A DNA stretch of 63,539 nt, filler included, from Choristocarpus tenellus KU-1152 (Eukaryota; Protista; Phaeophyceae), in assembly GCA_964200185.2 (NCBI GenBank). It is 9 parts of 9 records of this genome, joined end to end, with 100 filler letters (N's around TTAATTAATTAA, not from the genome) between each part and the next. Parts side by side here need not be neighbours in the genome. Positions count along the whole stretch, not along the records: positions 1 to 7,587 come from CAXNAD020005923.1; positions 7,688 to 14,610 come from CAXNAD020007052.1; 7 more parts are not named here. One strand, given 5' to 3'. A model generated the notes under the pieces. It was not told the origin of the DNA, did no database searches, and saw only the letters and a program-made list of their open reading frames with translations. A program made the translations under genes and the position numbers. Each line of letters begins with the position of its first letter. Position 1 is the stretch's first letter. This document shows positions 1 to 12,828 of the stretch, in pieces.

Positions 1-28
1 CCCCACAATTAAATTTGCGTGCTCCTTT

Positions 29-287
29 GAGTGAAAGTATCTTAAAGGGTACGAGTTTTGCCCTGTTTGTCCATTTGGGGCTTGACTTCCCATGGGTTCT
101 TTTTTGACATTTTCCTACTCCAAAACGTTTAGGACTGGGTGAAGTGTATGCGTCATGAAAAAGTGTGTCCGGAAAAAGGATATCGACACTTCCTGACAAA
201 CACAATAGCCAAAATTACATCAAAACCGCAACATTGGGTTTTAACTCCCAAACGGATGCTGCTCTACTCTCTAAGATACTTTGGCTC
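29..287. mobile_element. MITE, subfamily A (~260 bp)
   Basis: TIR GAGTGAAAGTATCT...AGATACTTTGGCTC; CTTT duplicated on both flanks; similar along its length to 32605-32862 and 39268-39535. Confidence 0.85.
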
Positions 288-812
288 CTTTCTTTGGTGT
301 ACCATGCAGCATTGCATACAAGTATCTTTTCGACTTCAGCACAAAACAGTTCCCTTCGCTTTCAGTTTTCGTCATTGAGCGCTTGAGAATTGATGTTCCT
401 ATTCAGTTGTTGATAGAGTACAATGGTGTTTTGTTGAGCAGCAGCATAGTATGTTGCTTCTCATTTTGTCCTTGGGGGAGGAACCACCTTTTCAGTTTCA
501 CTTCAGTTTCTATGCTTAGGTAACCCCATCCCAGGAACACCAGTGAAACTCACATGAGAGATAAATACCTTGATAGTCTTCAATGCACTTACTTCAAGGA
601 AATGCACCTGTTAGTTCAAAATATCTACTATGAAAATGGTGCACACCCACATGCATATATATTTCCACTGCCAAGAATAACACCACACTTTGTGGTCTGT
701 CCCACTACCCAACCCTTCCTCCTCTTCTGTCCCGCTACCCAAACTATAAATGTATTGCGTTTTGTTTGGCTTTCGTCTTCCTTTCCCTTCCCTCACACCT
801 TCCTCCCCCAAG

Positions 813-3800
813 GTTTTCAATGAGTTGTCAGCTCGGGAGGTGATTGAGCCAGGAGACTTCTCCGGCCTTCAGGAACACCTAGGAGAGCTCGAGACATCTC
901 TCATGGACCTGGAGATGTATCAGGTTTCAACCTCAATCAGGGAGAATTCTGTTGTTACCAAGCCCTGCTAGGTGGACTTGGAGCATTACAAATCTCAGCT
1001 TGCGCCTTTCACTTTTGAAGGAAGTTGATCTTTCTCACAGCAATTTAATAGTGCAAGTGCACACACAGTAGACCCCTGTCCCTATAAGAACGGATGAGTA
1101 CCGCTGCAGTGAAAGCAGATGTGCATTAGGAAGGAAACATCTTTTTTGTACATTTGCTATGTGTATTGGTGTTTGCCTTGGATGACCTTTCTCACCAGTG
1201 TGTTGACATACCGCTGTGTGATCATATTGTTGCTTTGTTGACGCATTGATGCTCCTTGTATTTTCTCCTCAAATTGATCGCTGTGGTGGCGATTTTATCC
1301 TCGTGCAACTCCTCACCACTTCATTGCCCCACATCCCCCTCCCCCCCACCCGCCCTGCACTCCTAATTAGAGGTTGGCATGACGACCTCAAAGATGCCCT
1401 GCCCACTTGGTGGATAAGCATCTTGATAGCCTTGTACAGAAATACGACATTCTCAACGCTGCTTCTCTCTCACTTAGATTCCAAACCACACTTGGTCCAA
1501 ACACAACAACACTCAACTCTCTTCAGGTAGAAGAGCACGAGCAGCTCATGAACGAGTTTGAAACCAAGTATAGCGAGCTGAGAAATCAATGCTTTGAGCT
1601 GCAGCACAACTTCTTCAGGGCTGTTGAAGAGCATGAGCAGGGCTTCTTCAATGGCATGGGGCAGTTGGCGCAGGTGACGTTTGTACACGGAATGTACAGG
1701 CTATGAGCAATAATGTGGGTGCTTTCTGTGTGTCTCTGCGTATTGGGTGTGGTTCAACATACTATGGTGTTCATGTGACTGAGGGGATGAAGGTGGGATG
1801 TTGGATACTTCGGGAGTAGCAGAATGGTTTGCTGGTGTGTTGATATGCTTGGATGTATGTAATCAGGAGCAACAACATTCATACCAGGTCAATATTGTCC
1901 CCTTTACGTAAAGTGAATTTCAGCACTATTGTTTAACCTTCGTAGGAATGCCTGCACTATTGGTAACAGTTTTGGTCCACAAGTTCAACAACTAAACTAG
2001 TGCTCGTCAAGGTCTAATTTTGCAAGGATTGGTATGCTGTTCTCATTGATACTTGACTGCATGTGGAGGTCTATTTCACTGACATGTCTTTTTTTTACAT
2101 CCTTCAAAGTATGTTTTGTTGGTCAGGCATGCTTTTGGCAAGCCTGTCTGACTTTGTTGATTTCATATGATCTCCTTTTGAACAAACATGTGCATGCCCA
2201 ATGATTTCAAAGCTTAGGGGGGAAAAAATATTTTCATTTGGGGCTTGGCTTCTCACAGTTTTTTTATTCCCCTTTTTGTTTTTCTATGTAAATACAGTTA
2301 CCTACTCCGAAACATTCCAGAGTACGACTGTGAAAGCTGTGTATGGAGCAAGGATATCGAAACTTGCTAACAAACACAACAGCCAAAAGAAAAAGTATTA
2401 ATGACCCCAAACGGATGTGGCCCTACCCCCTTAAATGCTTTGTGTCGCATATAACATCTTGGATATGCAATCCCACCCAGTCCACACCAATTGATTCGAC
2501 AGCAGCCTGTCACAAGCACACGGTAAATATCATGTTTCACGTTGAACACAGGAAATGTTGGACAAAGTCGGAAAGAATGAGCTACCCGAGGATACCCCAG
2601 AAGACTTATCTAACCTGCTTATTGACCGTGACACATGTGAGAGTCCACCAAGCTGATGCATTGCAATGGACAAAATGGTCTTCAATGTTCCAATTTTCAT
2701 TAACACTGTGAAGTTTAGTGATAAAAAAGCAATGCATCCACTTGATGAGGTGTGACTCATTATTCTTTTGGCATGTATGGGTCCTGCATGCTGTGCTCAC
2801 AGGCCCTGCTATGCTCAATGTGTTGTGCTTGTATTTGAGTATATTGAAGTTTTTCAGCTACTTTACTTACACTCATAAATGCTTTCAATTCACAAGACAA
2901 GGGCTCAAAGCCCTAAGTACCCCCCTGTTCAACTGCTCACCAAAGCAGGTGGGTTTCGTATGAATCAAATCTCTCTGGCAGTTATCTGCCTAAACTTTTA
3001 TTGCTTTGCTTTGAGTCAGAGTAAACGAGAGGTAACGAGAGTTGCATCTTAAGGATGCAGAGAAATATGTGCAAAATTCGACTTTTATTACAACATGTAC
3101 TGGATGTTTTCTTTTTTGTGTCGCAAACATTTCGAACATTAGAGAAATAGACGCTCTCAAGTCAAACTTAGAACTTCATCCAAAGAAATATTTGTGAATT
3201 GCCAGAGAACTAAAACAGACTAAAATCGCAAAACGGACAAAACCCGGATATTTCTCGTTTACTTTGGCTCTTTGCTTGATGCTGTTGTTGCTTCCATGGT
3301 AGCTCAGGCCAACACATTATTTGATTCCACTTCCAACACAACCCCTGCACAATTCAATCTATCGTTGGAGGGAGTCAGGCATGAACAGCGTGGTTGGGTC
3401 ACATGATATCCATGTGGGGAAGTTGCTGGCACGGGAGGATGAGACCAGAGCTGAGGAGGCAAAAGACATGTTGCATATTGTTTCTAGTCGAGCAACAGAG
3501 GAGAGGTGAGGCAAAAAGGAGAAACAGGTGTATTTTCCTTCTCTTTTTTCCTATATGAGTCCTCTTACTAGGGTCTAAAACTATGACATACCTTCACCTA
3601 TCGCAATTGGCTTCATATAGCACAGCACAGCAAAGTCCATTTTTACTAGGGCTTCATGATACCTTAATGTGTACATCAAGGTTAGGTGTTTGGTCGGGGA
3701 GTCTGCCAGCATGGGGCTCTAATGTACTTCAAACATATTCCAACATACCCTAAATCTTGACTGGAGTTGTGTTTCGAGCTACTGGTTGAAGCTGATATGA

Positions 3801-4452
3801 ATGTTGCAAGCCGTTTGTGATGTTGTCTTTGAACATTGCCTAGTTCTAGACCCTCCAAAATGCCTAAACTTGGCATGCATGTAAGGCACAATCATAACTC
3901 TGTCCCTTGCGCCTACCAAACAGCTTACTCTTCCACACTTTTCTCACTCAATGACCTATAGTATCCTAGAGGGGGGGTCAGGTGTCCATTGGGGGCTTGT
4001 GTTACCGTGTAGTGCTTCTCATATCATTCAGTGAGCGTGTCAGATATGTAAGGATTTTCTTTATCTGAACGCACCTTCCTTTTCCATCCCCTTGCCTGAA
4101 CCAAATTCGAAGGAAATCGCCCACAAAGCGGAGATCAAACTGACGTATCTTGCAATACCTCGTCAAGTCCCGAATGGACAACCTAGTCTAGACACCCCCC
4201 CCTCTAGGATTCTACCGCCCAATCTTCCCAGTGTACTCATTTCAAGCCTTTTCTGACTCTCTTCACCTGTCCCTTACCCATTAAACCTGATCTTCTTTCA
4301 TAATAACTATTCCCAAACAAAACAAAACTAGGTCTCGCAATCGGAGTCACATTATAGAGCTCCAGGAATTCTTTGAGTTGAACCGATCTCAAATAGCAGA
4401 GCTGATCTCCAGCAAGTTTATGGACGACGATGATGATGGGGATGGATTGTAG
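813..4452 (+). CDS. DRC3: Dynein regulatory complex subunit 3 (LRRC48), 3' part; exons 813-923, 1527-1673, 2552-2636, 3379-3505, 4332-4452
   Basis: Five exons with AG/GT boundaries join in phase: ...LMDLEMYQ|VEEHEQLMNEFETKY...|EMLDKVGKNELPEDTPEDLSNLLIDRDT|CMNSVVGSHDIHVGKLLAREDE...|SRNRSHIIEL...*. This matches the DRC3 C-terminal pattern (LFVDKDT..NAV.ASHDIHL.KID.RED...RNR). The 5' end lies outside the window. Confidence 0.85.
2203..2446. mobile_element. MITE, subfamily A-like, diverged, in DRC3 intron
   Basis: Internal similarity to 29-287 and to the reverse complement of 12243-12510 (cctactccgaaa, aaggatatcga, cccaaacggatg); ends degenerate, no clear TSD. Confidence 0.65.
3013..3270. mobile_element. 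MITE, subfamily B, in DRC3 intron
   Basis: TIR GAGTCAGAGTAAACGAGA...TCTCGTTTACTTTGGCTC; TTT on both flanks; partial copy at 14411-14553. Confidence 0.8.
3953..4219. mobile_element. MITE, subfamily C, in DRC3 intron
   Basis: TIR GACCTATAGTATCCTAGAGGGGGGG...CCCCCCCCTCTAGGATTCTACCGCC; flanks CAAT/CAAT (or AAT/AAT if the end is 4220). Confidence 0.75.
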
Positions 4453-6041
4453 TACGTAAAAGGGAGTTCAAAGGACAGTGAATAAGATGCTGAAGTCAGC
4501 ATGAGACACAATTTTGGACCTGGACTGGTAACAGTAGTGAGATGACCGCATTGGAGACCACTTCTGCGCTTAGGAGTGTGGTGGTCGAAAGATTCCAAGA
4601 GGCAACTGTGGTCATGTGGTCAGGACAGTATGGGGATGGGAGGAGTTGTGATGGAGGCCAAAGATCATGATGTGTGTAGAACAATTATATACAGCTTGAG
4701 AATGAGGTGTACTAGGATTTCGTTCGTGTAAACACCTCTACTGATTTAGGTAGGCACTTTGAAAGGAACTTATTGTTTTCATCCTTACTGTTGAGCCCTG
4801 AGGGACAGAGCAAATCATAATTCAAATTGTTACAATTTTCATGATATCTCACACTGCATGAAACCTCAATGCTGGGTCATCTGTTTCCTACATTAATGCC
4901 ACAATATACTCCCAGAAACCCCACACCAACAGAAGCTCCAAAGCAAGACACCCAATGAGCGATCCAGATGGGTACAACTCATAGAAACTGACCTTCAAGT
5001 ATTGCAACTTTTGCCAACATTGGACATTTTTGTTTGTGTGCTGCTTTTGGCATGCTTCAGCAAACTATGGGGGGAAATCCACCGCTACAGGTCTACTCAT
5101 GATTCAGTGCCCTCTTCAATGCTTTGAACTGCAGTCAAAGCGTTCAATGTTCTGATGCATACAATGTTACAAGTCGGATGGCTATATGTAGTCAGCAAGG
5201 AGTCAGTACTAGGTGGCCGGTATAGGCTCAGTTTGAAACAAACCCCTATATGTTTTATAAGTGGCTTGATTTCAATATTGGGAGATGGTGAACCAAGCCA
5301 ATCGATGCATCAATATTCTTCATCCTTCTTTTTTGACCACACGAGAGAGCATTGGGCTTATGGGATCACCTTTGATGGGCTATGTAGCATAACCTGTTGC
5401 CTAACTCCTACGGTCCTTAAACCTTTGGATTTGATGAGTCCATATGTCTGAGAACCCTTATTGGTCTCACCATTCTACATCACTATTTTTTATCTCACCA
5501 CCTTGATTATGTTCCAGCCTTTTTATTCTTTCAGTACCATGCTGGGTTTACAACAAAAAGCACAAATAAATAACCAGATGGAAGACATAGTGTGTCCCTC
5601 TTGGGTACATGGCGGTCGTGAAATGTTCGAGGTCATGAGTACCTTTGTAGATGGGCCTCTGATTCCAGTGATACCACAAGTGCACGCACACCATGAGAAT
5701 CAACACTAGGTATGGAGCTATAGGGTATATGGACTGGGAAGAAGGTCTGAGTATATGAGGATCAATGCAATTCTAAGTCCTCTCAGCAGTATTATCACCA
5801 TTCGACCACTAGAAAGATGTACATGTCATCATTGTTTTCAGACTGAAAAAAGTTCGAGAGCTTCCCTGTTGTCTGCATTCCCCTGCAGCATTACCTTAAG
5901 ACTCCTGTAATTACAGCACTGAGTGTCCTCCAGATTCCTTGCAGTGTAACAACTATCCCCTCCTGAAAAAAAAATGTAATCTAAATATGCAAGTTTGTTA
6001 TGACGGTGCTTGTTTCAAACACTTTCGCAACCTGATTAGCT

Positions 6042-7133
6042 TCAGACATCATCAGCAGCTCCATCATACTGCACATCTCTGCCAGTCCCCCAAATGTCCC
6101 TATTGTAACCACTACTACTATCACTGGTGGAGATCAGCAGTTTTCCCCTATTTGGAACTCCTTGTGCAATGGCGGCACGCCTGGCTTCCACCTCTACTAT
6201 AGATACTGCTGTCACGAATCCTAGTGTTGGGGCAAGGGCTACTATGCAGATGCGTGCTGCTTGCCATGGGAGAATTCTTGAAGCAGTTGGACATGGAGAT
6301 GAGCACTGAAGAGTGGCACGGCTGGCATTAGAGTTACTGCCAGTTTGGATCTCAGTGCAACTTCTATTTTGGTTGTTGTCTGCTGTCTCTGACACCCTCT
6401 GGACTGGGTCCTGTTCAGGATCAGACCCTGAGAAATGGCCATATTGCCGGTCAGCAGCAGCATCGAGTGCAGATCTGCAAAAAGGAGGGATGGGGAAACA
6501 TGTGGAGAAAAAGTAAGGATAGCTTGAGACAGTCCAATAACAGCAGGGCATCCATCCTGTACTGATATAACCGCACAACCCTCCAATGACACCGTATTGT
6601 TGCAGTCATTGCTAAACTTCAAGAAACAAGCATAGAGTGATCTCCACCTTGAACATAATTGTGTGACGTCTTTCCGTTGCCATTCACCTTCTTTCCTACT
6701 TACTCTATCAGAAGGGTGCTCAAGCTCACTTGACAGAAGCCAGACCAACAACCACAGCCAGCAGCAGGGAATCGGGATCTGTGCGGAATGGTCCAAACAC
6801 TTTCACCCCCCTTAATTCTGCCCCTATCCCCATCCTCATTCTCCCGCTCCCATTCCTCCCTGTTTCAGCTTTCGTGTTTGCCTCTATTTCAATTGTGAAC
6901 TCCCCTGCCGAGCATGTTGAACACCTAACACTGTCCAGTCTCTCTAGGGGTATTTGGATCATTTCTGCTGATGAAGGTAAACCGGCCCCTGGTTCTACTT
7001 CGGACACTCTTCCGTTGCAAATGGGGAGATTTTGGGTGCTAGACAAACTGTTCTCCACAATGAGGATAGTCCCTCCATCACCGCCCAAGCGTAATGTACA
7101 GGTGCTCCCACCACTGCTCGCCAAGTTCTGTAC
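6042..7133 (-). CDS. Hypothetical protein, partial; exons 7133-6730 and 6474-6042
   Basis: Two long exons with cag acceptors and an AA|GTGAG donor, in phase (VQNLASSGG...GLASV|KSALDAAA...DDV*). No family recognised; upstream exons not resolved. Confidence 0.55.
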
Positions 7134-7533
7134 CTGAGGTAGTAGAAGAAACATTGATTTTACCATGGATTCTCTCATCAGTGGAGATATATGTATTAGT
7201 AAATGGATAGTTCAGGAGGTGATGTATGCTAACAGTGTGTGTACGCAAGTGATCTTCATGAAAGAATTGCTTCCTGTCCGCACTTTACTTGAAAGTAGAG
7301 TACCTAATAGTGGATGCGCTTGATCTGTCCCTCAACACAGACTTGGCTCTCGCTGTTTCTTTGAGTTATACTAAGTAGAATAATTGTTATTTGTGTATGG
7401 ACACAAAATTGTGAATGAAGCAAATACAGATTTGGACATTGACATATTTGGTGCATTGCCAAGTGCTTGGAAGTACCAATGTTGGTTGAGACTTTGTTAT
7501 TGGAGATCTCCTGTGACAATTTGTTTCACCAAC

Positions 7534-7587
7534 GGATCAAGGTATCTTGGGGGGGGGGGGGTGGTTTGTGAGGGGGCGTCCGTTTCG
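7534..7587. mobile_element. MITE end truncated by assembly gap
   Basis: GGATCAAGGTATCTTGGGGGG resembles the family TIR plus G-run. Confidence 0.55.
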
Positions 7588-7687
7588 NNNNNNNNNNNNN
7601 NNNNNNNNNNNNNNNNNNNNNNNNNNNNNNNTTAATTAATTAANNNNNNNNNNNNNNNNNNNNNNNNNNNNNNNNNNNNNNNNNNNN
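7588..7687. other. Artificial contig spacer (44N-TTAATTAATTAA-44N); identical spacers at 14611-14710, 23357-23456, 26602-26701, 35540-35639, 53109-53208, 56673-56772, 60090-60189
   Basis: Exactly 100 bp each with the same palindromic all-frame-stop 12-mer. Confidence 0.97.
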
Positions 7688-7789
7688 TTTTTTTCTTTTC
7701 TTTTTTTTTTCTCTTTTTTTGTTGTTTTTTTTTTTTTTGGGGGGGGGGGGGGGGGGGGATCGAATCAACTCTGCATGGATCCTCCTCTT

Positions 7790-10340
7790 TCATGTTGATG
7801 CTACTTTGGATAATGTTTTCAGATTTCAATGCCCTTTATTGTGGTGAGCACTAGCAGCAATACGGTGATCCAGTGTGAAATGGCCGAAAATCGAGCAGAC
7901 GTATTCTTCAATTTCAGGCAAGCTTGTGCGCTGTTGTCCCTTACATATTTTATTGTCTTCGGTGTTGGAGTTTTTGATGTGGATGAGAGGGCGTTTGTTT
8001 GGGATGGTGCGTTTTCTTTTGCTGCTTCCATCTGGTCTCGAGCTATTGCAGTACATTTTTGTTGCTTTTTTGAAGTTGTTTAATGTTGGTATTCTCATTG
8101 GCTGGTCTCCTGACGAGCCTAAGCGTGCTTGTGTCAACGTCGTTGAGTTTTTTCTTTTTAACCAATATGCTTCTTCGATCAATGCCGTTGAAACATGTGG
8201 ACACCTCTTTGTGGAATGGATACCAGTCACCAGTTTGAGATTGCTGATGATCATGAAGTTCTCAAGCGACTTGGCCTACACAAGTGCAGTGAAAAGGTGA
8301 GCTGCTTCTCAAACCTCTTCTCCGCCTCACCCCCCCCATCCAGCTCGAACTTGTCGGAGTATGTACTAGAATGTTACTCTTTAACATTTGTGTGTTGAAG
8401 TACCCTTTTTTCTAGTTGTAGTCATTCCTACAGTTCAGCGCTGTGCAGGTCTCTTTTTAGTTAGGACTGGGAGAATTGATCTCCCTGTCTTATTTCAGGG
8501 CCCTCTTGTCTGACTCATGTATGTGTAGAGTAGACTTCCTCTTAGTACTGTGGTTCAGGGAGGATTTGTGCAGGGTGCAGAGGATGTCATGATAGTGCCG
8601 TATTCATGAAAACACTTTCTCGCGCGAAGCTTTTGCCCCTACATGTGTGGGACAGCATCGGCCTTGTATTTGCCTCTCATACCCCTTTCCATCCCCTTGC
8701 TATTGTTCCGCTAGGACTTGCCGTTGCTGCTGGCGCAAGAGCTTATTCCAAGGGTGCCAGAAAGTGTGTATCTTGACTGTGATGATGATGACAGGTGTAT
8801 ATGATTTTGTTGATGGTGGTAGACTGGGTATTGCATTGAGATGTGAAGAAAAGGAGGGGTTTTGCCCCTCCTTTGCCCTCTTGAATTCCATCTTTTGACT
8901 GAGTTGTGCTGTTCAGCTGAGAGGTTCAGTGGTATGATCTCAAGGGGTTGATACGAGGGGGTGTCCTGGCTGAGATGGTGGCCTGGTAAGAGATTTCTGC
9001 TTCTTGGCTAAGCTTTGAGTGAAAATCTCCCCTTGGTGCTTGTTGTGGTTAGATGTGTATGTTGAAGTGTATATGTGTTTGATTGTTGTTATCTCCTGAC
9101 TTCTTTCCTGTAGTGGCAGTGCTTTTGCATTGGACTGAGTTTTGTTGAAGACTGTAAACAAGATAGTGTTGTTGTCAGGATTGCCTAATACTTGGGGCCT
9201 CTGCTCTGTGTAGTATTTGTTTTGGTGAATAGGTTTGGTATTGGGTAGATTGTGTTGATCCATTGGCATGGGAAGAGCTGAGGTGCCACACATGGTCTGA
9301 TCTGGTGTGGTGTGAGCCGCTATTGTTTTGTTGCTGAGCTTGCAGAAGCTATGTCATACCTTGGCAGGTGGTGTGAATGTTGAAGGATATTTCATCTTCT
9401 GTATGGTATGTTATGGTAGTGTATTGTTGACACAGTTATGTGTTAATCATGCCGTGTGTGTTTGTCTCAGTCAGTGGTGGGAATTGCCAGTGTTCTACTC
9501 TATCTACCTGCATGCTTTTACCTAGGATGCTAAGGATGAAGACCTAGAGTCAGAACAATGTAAACAGCCTATGCTTCCAAAAACATCTCTGTTTGTTTGT
9601 GTTTTGCATTTTTTGCTGAGCACTGTGGTTGTTGTGATGAGGGAGTAGTCCAATACTTCGGCTGTTTTGCTCAGGATGAAGAATTGATTACGTTGCTTTG
9701 ATTCCTGTGACTCTTTTCGAAGGGTAGCCAGCATCCTTATGTTTGGTTGAACAAATGATGAGAATACCTACATCTACCTGTGTTACGGATAGGGAGGTAC
9801 TCTTGGTCTATTGGCAACTTGGCCTCCGATAACCCTTAACCCGTTCCTAGGGACAAGTATGGGTGACTGTTGTGCTTTAGTTGAGCTCTTGTTCCTGCCC
9901 ATAGCAACAACTATCGATATCACTACAACAAACCTTGGCGACGTATCCTGTCTACACTGGCATAGAGAGCTCCCCTTGGAAGCATCCTGTAATTTCTTAT
10001 CCACTATGGTGGGGTGGATCAGGGTAGGCTGGGTTTTGCATTGTGGATGTGAAGGGAGAATGACTTCCAAATCGAACGAAGCTCTCCAGCTCTGGACCAG
10101 TCAGTATTGACAGCTTATGCTGTGGTAGGACAGACTCAAGGCCGGCATAGAAAGCAGCAGCCTGTGGAAGGATCTCTGTGTCGTGCAGTCTTTGCAACAG
10201 AACTCGATACTCAGGGATGCTGTCAAACGTTAAAGGGCGTGAAGCCCCTGTTGCCGTAGTATCGTGGTTGAAAGGGGAGAGGAGATGAAGACATGTTAGT
10301 TGCAGTGAGTGCTGGGTTACTGATTCTACCATGGTACAAG
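7790..10340 (-). mobile_element. Heavily decayed non-LTR retrotransposon (LINE) remnant
   Basis: Minus-strand relics in correct order and roughly correct spacing: DYSLIT (APE-like, ~9640), SYTPVII (~8800, cf. YRPI), LAEQ*QG (~8700, cf. EQxGF), EIRQGDQFS (8471-8496, cf. GxRQGDPLS), YSDK (~8355, cf. YADD). Many stops and frameshifts; limits approximate. Confidence 0.5.
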
Positions 10341-11389
10341 ATTGATTGTTGGAGGAGTGTGTGTGTGTGTGTGTGTATGTACCTGGAAGAGGTGAAATTG
10401 AATATGTAAGTTTTCTTGTTAGTACTTTGAGGGCGTTGGTGAAGATCGACGTTCAAGATTCCTGGGACAGTAGTAGTAGTAGTAGCAGTGTTGATTAATG
10501 TTTATGGTTTGAGCTGTACCAACACTGGTACTGGTGGCGTTTTTTGTAATGACATCATGTATTGATATCGGTGTGTGCAATCATTAATGGACCAGCGAAC
10601 AAGTTTTATCTTTGTGTGAATTAGACAACACTATATAGCAAGTATTGTCCACGAAGACTGTGCAGTCAATTGCGGATTGATATTGGTGATTTGCAACAAT
10701 TCATTTTGTCAAGGAATTGCCTAGTGAGGGATGGACCCGCACACAAACTGCGTTCATTTTTTTGTGGTTGCTGTAATTCACCACTGAACATGCCATCCGT
10801 AGAGCCTGCCTGCAATGCTAGTGAAGTGAGCGGGGCAGAAGGCAACACAGTCGTTTAGTATCGGCATCTTTGTGTGTGTATGTGTCTATGTTCTGGTTTC
10901 AAGATCACTTCGAGAAAAGGTAATTTGACAGTTGGGGGGGTAGAGTACAACTACACGAGATGATACCAGCTGAGTTGCTGTTTGAACTGATAAGCTGAAC
11001 AGTAGTAATTTTCTTAAATCAGACTTCAAAGTTCGTATCTATCACTTACAATATTTATATATATCAATGAAGTAAGTCCAGAGTAGTTGATTCGATTGAA
11101 GTACCCTCATTGTTTCTGTGCAATTGTCCTTGGTAGTAGCATGTCATGGCATGGAACCAATGCTTACAACTGAATTATTTTTCCCTCTATCTCATGAGTC
11201 TGCGGCATTAAGGGTGAAACACTTATCGAGACAACCTCCAATGAAAAAATGGATATTTATATATAAATCATTCTTGGTTGCTTTCCTCATGCCCATCAAT
11301 CCATCAATCCACCGGCGCATTGAAAGTCCCTTCTTTGTTGATTCTGACCGATTTTGGAAGACTTCGCTCACGCTGCCTTTTCTTGGTTC

Positions 11390-12828
11390 ATGTCTGGTGT
11401 GCCTCAAAAGCGTTACCTCCTATTGCCTTCAAAACTTGATGGTACTGCTTAAAGAGGCTCTGCCACACTCTCTCTAAAGTGGCTATGTCGTATGAGCTGT
11501 CCATGCTCTTTACCCCCTTCAAAAGGTTGTCTATAGTTACTGCAATTCTCCCTCCAACCTCTGCTTTTTAGGGATGCAAAGAACCCCAAATCATTGATAT
11601 TGAGATCAGGCGACCCTTCAGGCTGCGTTACGAGCTTGACGTTCCATCCCTCCCCCTCCCATCTTTGTTGAGGTTTTTCAGCGTGTCTTTTCCCTCAATG
11701 TGGGGAGAAAGGTCTCCACATACCACTCCCGGCACCGATGGTCACATTAAAGTTGTACTGCTGCCCCCTCTAGCGGCGGGCAAAAAGTTTTTTGGCGCCC
11801 ACTCGATGAAAAAAACATGCCAGATTCCGATCTTGCCGTCGAAATCAAGGGAAGGATCTGGGTGTGAAAAGGTGCAGATGAACATAATCTTACTTAGGAA
11901 TGTGACTCTTGTGCTGTACCTTGGTGGAGCTTGCCCTTTCCTCCCCAGGGAACACATGGATTCGCTCCCCGTTGTGGACTAGGTAAAACCATGCTTCGTT
12001 GATATGAATCGTGTTCAGGTCGCCTCTGCAATTGATGCGGTTCCTTGCTGCTTTGTCAAAAATTAATTCTACCCAAATCTTTTGATGCGTCAGCGACAGG
12101 CTCGGGGCAATGCGTCACTTCACCTTTTTTGCGCCCATCACTTTGAACCATCGCTGAAGCTTTGAGTCACGGGCTACGAAATCTGCTTGAGCTAGCTTGA
12201 CAGACTGCTGATCGAGGGTCAGGGTTTGATTCATGGTGTTGAGACCCATAGCATTTAAGAGGGTAGGGCCTCGACCGTTCGGGATCATAAATCCGATGTT
12301 GTGATTTTGATGAATTTTGACTATCGTCTTTTTTACCAAGCGTCGATATCCTTGGTCCGGGCACACCTTTCATAGCCGTACTCCGAAATATTTCGGAGTA
12401 GGTAACTGTCTTCAAACAGAAAGCCGAAAAAGGGCATAAAAAACCCGTGGGAAGCCAAGTCTCAAACGGACAAACAGGGCAAAACTCCTACCCTCTTAAT
12501 GCTTTGGGTCTGAACTTTCGAATCTTTGCATTCTTTGTCGGTGTGAAATCCGATGACCACCCGGCGCGTGATACTAATTTATGCGAAGGCGTGTTGCCAT
12601 TGTCCATTTTTTTCGTTCACACGCCCAGTTATCTTGGATATTGTTCGCCAACTCCAAACTGCTCTGCCAAATTTGTTTCAACCCCTTTCAGAAACCGCTT
12701 CTGACCGGAAAGTAGCGCTAAAGTGTGGTTTACAGCCAGTGCGTTTCGACCTTCCTCGCTCAGCTCGCAATTTTACCCCGGGATGATGTGTTCCCGGTGA
12801 AAGATGGTGGATTTGCTGGAGTGGTCAT
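11390..12828 (-). mobile_element. Decayed Tc1/mariner transposase of the DD39D (plant/oomycete mariner) type, interrupted by a MITE
   Basis: Motifs IHINEAWFYL (11981-12013, cf. IHIDEKWFY), HKSHIPK/IMF...FDGKIGIW (~11820), GWNVKLVTQPEGSPDLNINDLGFFASLK (~11570-11650, cf. QPPNSPDLNxLDLGFF), LERVWQSLF...GGNAF; HTH-like LAEQFGVG at ~12650. Frameshifted; the QQDNA region appears deleted. Confidence 0.85.
12243..12510. mobile_element. MITE, subfamily A-like, inserted in the mariner transposase
   Basis: TIR GACCCATAGCATTTAAGAGGGTAGG...CCTACCCTCTTAATGCTTTGGGTC; TGA/TGA TSD; internal perfect 22-bp palindrome 12379-12400. Confidence 0.85.

Noticed and set aside
7632-7643. Recurring TTAATTAATTAA palindrome as a biological motif or CRISPR-like repeat
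   Set aside because: Always centred in 100-bp N spacers; an assembly linker.
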